Part shown: in pieces, positions 8,573 to 15,536 of the stretch
Position numbering within the stretch: the stretch's first letter is position 1
How the letters are laid out: every line of letters begins with the position of its first letter
Source of the DNA: Candidatus Heimdallarchaeota archaeon B3_Heim
GTDB lineage: Archaea; Asgardarchaeota; Heimdallarchaeia; Hodarchaeales; Hodarchaeaceae
Assembly: GCA_003144275.1 (NCBI GenBank)
Contig: NJBF01000051.1
Location: 1-20,650 of the forward strand
Direction: 5' to 3'
DNA: 20,650 nt
Translations under genes and position numbers: made by a program
Notes under the pieces: model-generated
What the model was told of the DNA's origin: nothing
Seen by the model: only the letters and a program-made list of their open reading frames with translations
Database searches by the model: none

Positions 8573-11104
8573 ATGGAAAAAGTATCTCTCACTATAAATA
8601 GTACAGAGATTTCTGCTGCAAAAGGAACATCCATTCTGGAAGCAGCTCAAAATTCTGGAATCTATATACCGAAACTTTGTACACATCCAGATTTACCCCC
8701 CTCCCAAAGCCTGAAGCCAGTGGAATTTGTTTATCGTGGAGATGTACAATATAAAAATGACAATTCATCATCATCGAAAGAACATGAAGGTTGTCAGCTT
8801 TGTGTTGTAAAGATTGAGGGAGAAGAAGAACTTTTAACAGCGTGTAATAAAGAAGTCGAGGAAAATATGACAATCTGGACTGATACATCTGAGATCCAAG
8901 ATTTTCGTCGGGAAAAAATGATGAATATCTTATCAAAACATCACCATGCATGTCTAACTTGCGCTCAGCAAGCTGGGTGTAGCAGGGAACCATGTTCAAC
9001 AAATGTCCCAGTAGAAGAACGTTGCTGTCCAGAATTTGGTAGATGTGAATTGCAAAAACTTGCAGAATACATTGGAATCAGAGAAGATACACCTCGTTAC
9101 ATTCCTAAAGAAACTCAGGTTCTCGACGATGAACCTTTGTTCATAAGAAATTACGAACTATGTATTGGTTGTACGCGATGTGTAAGAATATGTAGAGACA
9201 TCAGGGGAGTGGAATCACTTGGTTTTGTATTTTCAAATGGTGAAACGATTGTAGGGAGTATTGCACCGACATTGAAAGAATCAGGGTGTAAATTCTGTGG
9301 AGCTTGTGTAGAAGTATGTCCTACAGGAGCCTTATCGGATAAGGATATACTTTGGAGTGAACGTGAAAGAGCCCTTGTACCCTGTCGTGACACATGTCCT
9401 TTAGAAGCTGATGTTCCACGTTATATCCGTTATATTGCTGAAAGAAAGTTTGATGAGGCCGTCGCAGTCATTCGAGAGAAAACTCCATTTCCCTTAGTTC
9501 TTGGAAGAATTTGTTTTCATACCTGTGAAGAGAAATGTTGTAGAAACGAAATTAACGAACCAATTGCAATATGTGCACTCAAGCGTTTTGCAATGGAACA
9601 TGATACAGGAACTTGGAAATCAAAGGTGAAAGTTGCTCCTGCTACGGGTAAAAAAATCGCAATAGTAGGATCTGGACCAGCTGGACTCACTGCTGCTTAT
9701 TATTTAGCGAAAGCTGGCCATTCAATGACAGTATTTGAAGCAGAATCAAGAGCAGGAGGTATGATGAACTTCGGGATACCAGAGTACCGATTACCAAGAG
9801 AGATCCTGAAAAAAGATCTTGAGTATATCATAAACATGGGAGTCAAAATTAAAACTGAAGAAATGATTGGAGAGAATTTAACACTTAAAGACCTGAATAC
9901 TCAAGGATATGAGGTAATCTTTTTAGCAATTGGAGCTCAACAAGCAAAAAAGCTAAGAATTGATGGAATAGAACATGAAAATGTTCTCTGGGGATTAGAT
10001 TTCCTGAAAAAGGTTAATTTAAATTATGAAGTAAATGTTGAAAAACGGGTTATTGTAATAGGTGGGGGAAATGTTGCAATGGATGTAGCATTAACTGCTC
10101 TTCGGCTAGGTGCAAATGAAATCATAATAATTTGTTTAGAATCTAGAGAGGAGATACCAGCTCACGAATGGGAAATTAAAGAAGTAGTAGAGGAAGGTAT
10201 TAAACTCAATTGTTCATGGGGGCCAAAACAAATCCTTTCAAAAGATGGAAAAATAACAGGAATTGAATTAATTAAGTGTACTAGTGTTTTTGACACCAAA
10301 GGAACTTTTTCCCCGATCTTCGATGAAACAATAACACAGACTATTGAAACTGAAATGGTCATAATGGCCATCGGTCAAGATGCCGATTTATCAGTTTTAA
10401 ATAAAGAAACTCAAGATGAAATTTCCCATGGGAGATTCATCAAGATCAATGAAGATAGCCTAGAAACAACTATACCTGGAGTTTTTGCAGGAGGAGAAGT
10501 TACAGAAGGACCTATTTCTGTCGTTGAAGCACTGGAAATGGGTCGAAAAGCCGCACAGACAATTGATAAGTATTTAGGAGGCACTGGAAATATTGATGAA
10601 GTGTTGGCGGAGATAGAAACTCCCAACGCTTGGTTAGGTCGTGAGGAAGGCTTTTATGATAAACAACGTGTTGAGATACCCGCCATACCCATATCGGAAC
10701 GATCAAAAGGATTTAATGAAATAGAACTCGGTTACATGGAAGAAATGGCAGTCGAAGAAGCGAAACGCTGCCTTCGCTGTGATTTGAGGTTACAAATTTC
10801 TCCAGTAATTTTACCTCCAGAAAAATGGTTAGAATTGTCTACCGAGAATGTACAGAATGTTCCAGAAAGTGGAGGAGCATTCCAACTTCTTGATGAGAAT
10901 AAACATGTGATTTTTATACAAGGTACTCCTAATCTACGGCAGGTACTAGAGGAGAAGGTTTCCAGTATGCCTAATGCTTGTTATTTTGGATTTGAGGAAG
11001 ATCCGATGTATACCAAGAGAGAGAGCGAAATCCTTCAACAGTTTATGCAAGAGTTCGGAAGAATGCCTGAAGGTAATGAAGAGTTGGACGACGACCTATT
11101 TTGA
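8573..11104 (+). CDS. multi-domain Fe-S flavoprotein, BzdV-like NAD(P)H:ferredoxin oxidoreductase (NuoG-like N-terminal Fe-S domains + GltD/NfnB-like module + C-terminal GIY-YIG-like domain)
   Basis: [2Fe-2S] PKLC..GCQLC..AC; His-ligated cluster H..CLTC..CELQ; 2x[4Fe-4S] CIGCTRCVRIC and CKFCGACVEVCP; GRICFHTCEEKC; FAD motif VGSGPAG; dinucleotide motif IGGGNVA; EAKRCLRC. ATG 8573 preferred to GTG 8525. Confidence 0.82.
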   Translation: MEKVSLTINSTEISAAKGTSILEAAQNSGIYIPKLCTHPDLPPSQSLKPVEFVYRGDVQYKNDNSSSSKEHEGCQLCVVKIEGEEELLTACNKEVEENMTIWTDTSEIQDFRREKMMNILSKHHHACLTCAQQAGCSREPCSTNVPVEERCCPEFGRCELQKLAEYIGIREDTPRYIPKETQVLDDEPLFIRNYELCIGCTRCVRICRDIRGVESLGFVFSNGETIVGSIAPTLKESGCKFCGACVEVCPTGALSDKDILWSERERALVPCRDTCPLEADVPRYIRYIAERKFDEAVAVIREKTPFPLVLGRICFHTCEEKCCRNEINEPIAICALKRFAMEHDTGTWKSKVKVAPATGKKIAIVGSGPAGLTAAYYLAKAGHSMTVFEAESRAGGMMNFGIPEYRLPREILKKDLEYIINMGVKIKTEEMIGENLTLKDLNTQGYEVIFLAIGAQQAKKLRIDGIEHENVLWGLDFLKKVNLNYEVNVEKRVIVIGGGNVAMDVALTALRLGANEIIIICLESREEIPAHEWEIKEVVEEGIKLNCSWGPKQILSKDGKITGIELIKCTSVFDTKGTFSPIFDETITQTIETEMVIMAIGQDADLSVLNKETQDEISHGRFIKINEDSLETTIPGVFAGGEVTEGPISVVEALEMGRKAAQTIDKYLGGTGNIDEVLAEIETPNAWLGREEGFYDKQRVEIPAIPISERSKGFNEIELGYMEEMAVEEAKRCLRCDLRLQISPVILPPEKWLELSTENVQNVPESGGAFQLLDENKHVIFIQGTPNLRQVLEEKVSSMPNACYFGFEEDPMYTKRESEILQQFMQEFGRMPEGNEELDDDLF

Positions 11105-11137
11105 GTTAAGAATACATATGAGAAGAATTGATTAAGC

Positions 11138-11407
11138 TTGCCAGCGAATAAAATTCCTAAGAGAAATCAATTGGAAAAAGAGGGATGGATAAAGAAATTT
11201 ACTATTGAAGAATATCGAGTGAACGAGTACGTAGAATTATATGAATCATTGGATCAAGAAGTAAGAGTTGAACCTGTGATTCTCAGTGAGATGGAGGGTT
11301 GTAATGAATGTTTTAAGGTGGAATGTAGTAATTATCGTGTAATCTACACGCGAAGACTAAGAGAGTTTAGAACTAAAGAGAAAAACTCCTCTAATCAGAT
11401 ATACTAG
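11138..11407 (+). CDS. 89-aa hypothetical protein with CxxC
   Basis: LEKEGWIKKF, VELYESLDQEVRVEPV, CNECF, YRVIYTR. TTG start 33 nt after the bzdV-like stop. It looks like a real conserved small protein, but no function is recognised. Confidence 0.7.
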   Translation: MPANKIPKRNQLEKEGWIKKFTIEEYRVNEYVELYESLDQEVRVEPVILSEMEGCNECFKVECSNYRVIYTRRLREFRTKEKNSSNQIY

Positions 11408-11450
11408 TTTCTATAGAACAGCAAAAATCGATGAAGTACTCATTTTAATT

Positions 11451-12401
11451 TCAAAATTTAGTTTCTATAGCATGGACATAAGTGGTAGTCGCCTCATTAA
11501 ATGGGACAGGAACATTATTTTTCTTTCCAAGTTCGACAATCTTACCATTTAGAAAATCAATTTCCGTAGGATTTCGATTCTCTATATCAATTAACATTGA
11601 AGGTTTATGATGTCCACCTTTGGATAAATATCCCATACAAATGTCATGAAAATCTGATCCAAATGAAATCCCAATAGCTTCTGTAACTGCAATACCTTCA
11701 CGTATTAATTCACTTGCGAGTTTATTCGTGTCTGTAAAGTCCATTGCTTCTTTCATTGTTTGACCTGCTATAGCACATACTGGGGCTAAAGCAGAATTTA
11801 AAATTACTTTTTTCCAAACAGCAGGTTGAATATCTTCAACAGATATGGTACCAAATTCAGGTGAATTCATCAATTCAGCTATAGCATTAGCTGTATCATT
11901 CATACTAGGTGATATTGCACCAACAAAATTCGGTGGATTAAAAAAGGTCATATCTATCTTTCCTGCTTCAACGATATTTCCAGCGTAATTTATGACATCA
12001 CGAAATGTCCTCTCTTCTCCAAATACGTCTAATATGACATTTTCTGTGTGTAACCCATTTTGATGGCTAACGATTAGAGAATCATTTGGAAGGACTTCCT
12101 TTAAATCATCAACAACTCTTTTCAAGTATGGAGTTTTAGTAGCGATAAATACAATGTCAACATCTGTTCCTCTAAGGTCTTTAACGGACGTTTTTAGATG
12201 ATCCGCATCAAAAGAAATAGTTAAATCTGAAACACCAGCTATTTTCAATCCAGATCTTTGAATTGCCTCAATGTGATCTATCCAAATATCTACTAAAGTA
12301 ACTTCTATCCCTTTTTGAGATAAAAATGCTCCTAAAATGCCGCCAGAAGGCCCTACGCCCACAATTGCAACCTTATAATCCTCTTTACTCATAACAATCA
12401 C
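11451..12401 (-). CDS. panE: ketopantoate reductase PanE/ApbA-family 2-oxoacid reductase
   Basis: GVGPSGG Rossmann motif, IATK, HQNGL, catalytic WKKVILN, SMLIDIENRNPTEIDFLNGKIV. Starts at GTG 12401 or ATG 12392. Confidence 0.85.
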   Translation of the reverse strand: MIVMSKEDYKVAIVGVGPSGGILGAFLSQKGIEVTLVDIWIDHIEAIQRSGLKIAGVSDLTISFDADHLKTSVKDLRGTDVDIVFIATKTPYLKRVVDDLKEVLPNDSLIVSHQNGLHTENVILDVFGEERTFRDVINYAGNIVEAGKIDMTFFNPPNFVGAISPSMNDTANAIAELMNSPEFGTISVEDIQPAVWKKVILNSALAPVCAIAGQTMKEAMDFTDTNKLASELIREGIAVTEAIGISFGSDFHDICMGYLSKGGHHKPSMLIDIENRNPTEIDFLNGKIVELGKKNNVPVPFNEATTTYVHAIETKF

Positions 12402-12437
12402 TTTTGATATCAGAAATTGAACAGAATAATTTGTAAA

Positions 12438-12458
12438 ACATTATTATTTCGATAATGT
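12438..12458. promoter_or_regulatory. inverted repeat ACATTAT-N7-ATAATGT upstream of panE
   Basis: Perfect 7-bp arms in the 141-nt gap between the activase gene and panE. Confidence 0.3.
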
Positions 12459-12542
12459 ATCTATTTATTAATTATTTTCATAGGATATTCTATGTCTCTA
12501 GGATGCGAATAATACCTTGATGTTACTAGATTTGCTGGAATT

Positions 12543-13334
12543 CTATTTATCTTGACCTTCAAGAGCATATAGTGCTGCTCCCAAAGCAACAAATGACTGA
12601 GGAGTAGGGGGAACAGAGATTGGCTGTTCTAAAAGTTCTTCAAATATGTTTACAATAACAGAATTGTGGGCAATTACCCCACCCGTCAATACAACCCTAT
12701 TATCAAAAGTATCGATTTCAAGAACTCGCTTGACAATAGAATGGTATGCTCCTCGAACCATATCCTCAACCTTTGCTCCTTCTCTAATACGACTAAGAAT
12801 TTCAGTTCCTGCAAAAACTGTACAATAACTACTAATTTTTGCAGGGTTTGTAGATAATTTTCCTAGGTTATTTAACTCCGTGGATTCAATCCGTAATTTT
12901 AGTGCAAGTTCTTCGAGAAATGTTCCTGTTCCTGCAGCGCACTTCCGATTCATTTTAAAACTGGAACGTCTGCCGTCTCGAATTTTTATTATTTTGGAAT
13001 CTTGCCCGCCAATATCAACAATCGTAACATCCTCCTCTGGATATACAAATCTTGCAGCTTTTGCGGAACACGAAATCTCTGTTATATTAGAAGTAATAAT
13101 ATCTTCAAAATGTGTATTCTTACGACCATACCCTGTTATCACCATTTTCTTGATATTATCTTCATCAGATTTTGCTGATAACGATTCTTTCAAAGCTTTT
13201 TCAGCAGCAACATGTAATTTTATTCCTGAATGAATAGTACTCGATCCAATTATATTTTTATTTGCATTAATTGTAACAGCTTTAGTAAAAGATGAACCAA
13301 TATCAATTCCAGTAAAGAGGAAATTATTAGGCAA
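12543..13334 (-). CDS. ATP-dependent acyl-CoA dehydratase/reductase activase (HgdC/FldI/HadI family)
   Basis: GIDIGSS, TGYGR, DIGGQDSK, NRKCAAGTG, CTVFAGTE. TTG start with GGAG RBS. Confidence 0.9.
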   Translation of the reverse strand: MPNNFLFTGIDIGSSFTKAVTINANKNIIGSSTIHSGIKLHVAAEKALKESLSAKSDEDNIKKMVITGYGRKNTHFEDIITSNITEISCSAKAARFVYPEEDVTIVDIGGQDSKIIKIRDGRRSSFKMNRKCAAGTGTFLEELALKLRIESTELNNLGKLSTNPAKISSYCTVFAGTEILSRIREGAKVEDMVRGAYHSIVKRVLEIDTFDNRVVLTGGVIAHNSVIVNIFEELLEQPISVPPTPQSFVALGAALYALEGQDK

Positions 13335-13374
13335 GAAATACTCTCCATTTAGGTAATTTTACTTTAATATTTTC

Positions 13375-14601
13375 TTAAATTCCGGCAAGTTGTTCGATAA
13401 ATGCTTCAATATTTGTTTTAGTTTGTTCCTCACTATAAACATTTAAATCATTAAGATCAGCATCGATTTGTAAAGAAGGGATTCCAGTTAGGTTTTCTAA
13501 TCGTTTTGGCAAACCATAATTTGTATTGGAATTATTTGGGCAAGTCCTAGCATTATGGTATATCATACCATCTATGCTAAATTTATCAACCATTTTCTTT
13601 AGATATTTTTCTTTGCTTGATTCAGATCGATTTATGAACAATTCTGTGTATGCTTTTGCCATGCTTCTGAATGGTTCTTGTGGATTGAAATCACTGAATA
13701 TCCAACTATTGCAATAAGTTGATGCAACAATACATGTTTTCAATTCTGAAAATTGATTCGACAATGCTCTTAATTTTCCCCAGATGGGCATTCCTTCCCA
13801 AAAACATCTAAATGATTCCTCAGCAACTGCTGCAATTCCGTTTTCGATTCTTAGTTTGAGTTCTTGTTCTAGCATATTATAATAGTCAACTGCAATTTGT
13901 GTTCCTCGTAAAACTACAGCAGGAAGCATATGAATACAGCCATCAAAAAACGTTAAAGGTGAGGGAATGGACGAAGCTGTTTCTAAGACAGAATTCCATT
14001 TATTACTACACTCAAGCGAAAGTTGTAGCTTATTTTCTAACTTTTTTCTTTCAAAACTCTGATCTGTGATTTTTTCAAGAGTTTCTGCTATATCTTTCAG
14101 CTGTTCTTCCACAGTTTTAAAGTGAGTGTTTGATAATTCGTCAATGAAGGTAGGGGAATTAACTCCTAGAATTGGAACCTGAAACTCTCTTGCATAATAA
14201 TTGAACCAATCTTGGACATCACGACATTGATTTGTGTTAAAAATGAGTACATCTGGCTTTGGAACTTTTTCTATTCCATAGGCTCTCTGTAATCCTGTTT
14301 CATTTTTTAAATAAGCACCTATATCACTCGTGAGATAAGAACATATTTCTGGGGAATAACCCTGAGCAACTGCTAATGGAATGTATTTATTTGCACTACG
14401 ACTGGCGCCTAAAATGGCGGTATGATTCTCTGGATAATATACATTGAAATCAAACGCTAAAAGGAGTTCTGCGGGGCCCACACTAGAACACCAAGCAACT
14501 TTTTTATGTGGATCTTTTGATGCTTCATCCAAATTCTGATAGTAGTCTGTAGCTATTTTTTTAAGTTCGTGGACCGATTTAATCTGATTTTCTTGGGTCA
14601 T
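13375..14601 (-). CDS. 2-hydroxyacyl-CoA dehydratase-family Fe-S subunit (HgdA/FldB-like or DCCP-like)
   Basis: YPEN, EICSY, PKPD, NQC, WEGMPIW, RTC, IDADLND, TNIEAFIE. ATG 14601 has an AGGA RBS; the track starts at 14682. Confidence 0.88.
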   Translation of the reverse strand: MTQENQIKSVHELKKIATDYYQNLDEASKDPHKKVAWCSSVGPAELLLAFDFNVYYPENHTAILGASRSANKYIPLAVAQGYSPEICSYLTSDIGAYLKNETGLQRAYGIEKVPKPDVLIFNTNQCRDVQDWFNYYAREFQVPILGVNSPTFIDELSNTHFKTVEEQLKDIAETLEKITDQSFERKKLENKLQLSLECSNKWNSVLETASSIPSPLTFFDGCIHMLPAVVLRGTQIAVDYYNMLEQELKLRIENGIAAVAEESFRCFWEGMPIWGKLRALSNQFSELKTCIVASTYCNSWIFSDFNPQEPFRSMAKAYTELFINRSESSKEKYLKKMVDKFSIDGMIYHNARTCPNNSNTNYGLPKRLENLTGIPSLQIDADLNDLNVYSEEQTKTNIEAFIEQLAGI

Positions 14602-14705
14602 CTCTATCCTATCATCAAAATTCTGAATTAAGGTATTTGGGATGAAAATAGAAACCAACTTTTTATAATAGTTGGGCTGCATTTATAGCTGTTATCTAGC
14701 TGCTT

Positions 14706-15230
14706 TTAATCAATCTGTTTAAAATTCTCTCTGTATCGTTTTGGCAGTGTTTGATAAAGTTTAGTTGCCCACCAGCTATATTCACGATGCGAATCGGAAA
14801 GTTTGCCAATCACTTTACCAGGAATGCCTACAACAATGCTTTCATCTTCAATTTTCATTTTTCTCGGTACTAATGCTCCTTCACCGATGATACAATTGTC
14901 TCCAATTTCAGCCCAATCCCCAACTACAGCATTTATTCCTACGACGACATGTTTTCCTAATGTTGCTTGATGTACAACTGCACCATGGCCAATATGACAA
15001 TTTTCGCCTAAGGAAGTAGTTCCATTAGGCACCGAGTGAATGACACAAGTATCTTGAATGTTTGATCCATTTCCTATCTCAATGGAACCCCAATCTCCTC
15101 TTAGAACCGCGTTCGGGCCAATGAAACAATTTTCACCAATTTTTACATCTCCGATTATCGTGGCAGTGGGAAATATAAAAGAAGTTTCTGAAATCTCAGG
15201 CTTTTTCCCCTCAAATTCATATACAACCAT
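14706..15230 (-). CDS. gamma-carbonic anhydrase-family hexapeptide-repeat protein (PaaY/CaiE-like)
   Basis: IIGDVKIG, AVLRGDWGSIEIG, NIQD and three Zn-ligand His (VIHS, IGHG, VVHQ). ATG 15230 fits the usual length; the track starts at 15278. Confidence 0.88.
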   Translation of the reverse strand: MVVYEFEGKKPEISETSFIFPTATIIGDVKIGENCFIGPNAVLRGDWGSIEIGNGSNIQDTCVIHSVPNGTTSLGENCHIGHGAVVHQATLGKHVVVGINAVVGDWAEIGDNCIIGEGALVPRKMKIEDESIVVGIPGKVIGKLSDSHREYSWWATKLYQTLPKRYRENFKQID

Positions 15231-15536
15231 TTTTAACACAGATAGAAAAGATCTCTGGTAGAGATTTAAAATTTTCATGAGGGAAAAAATGAATATTGAA
15301 TCATTGCGTTAAATATACTTCTCACCTGTTTATTCAAAAAAAAGATATAAAATCATTACAAAAAAACTACTTTTCACGATATAAGAAGGATTATCATCTC
15401 TCAAATACTGTTTAAGGAAGATAATCCATTATTCAAGTATGAGTCTAACTTCTTAGATCATGATTCCGATAATAATAATACCTCATTTGTTAATTTTGCA
15501 TCTTCATAATAGAAAAAGGGTAATTGGCTAATAATA

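Noticed and set aside
8498-11104. Selenocysteine read-through at the TGA stops of bzdM and the bzdV-like gene
   Set aside because: Both TGAs fall at natural protein ends, not at Cys-motif positions, and no meaningful continuation follows.
11405-11470. 12-bp direct repeat TAGTTTCTATAG at 11405-11416 and 11459-11470
   Set aside because: Only two copies of an AT-rich 12-mer, one inside panE coding sequence; compatible with chance and not CRISPR-like.
15388-15427. Inverted repeat GGATTATC-N24-GATAATCC in the gamma-CA/korA divergent region
   Set aside because: 8-bp arms with a long spacer in AT-rich DNA and no second copy seen; too weak to call an operator.
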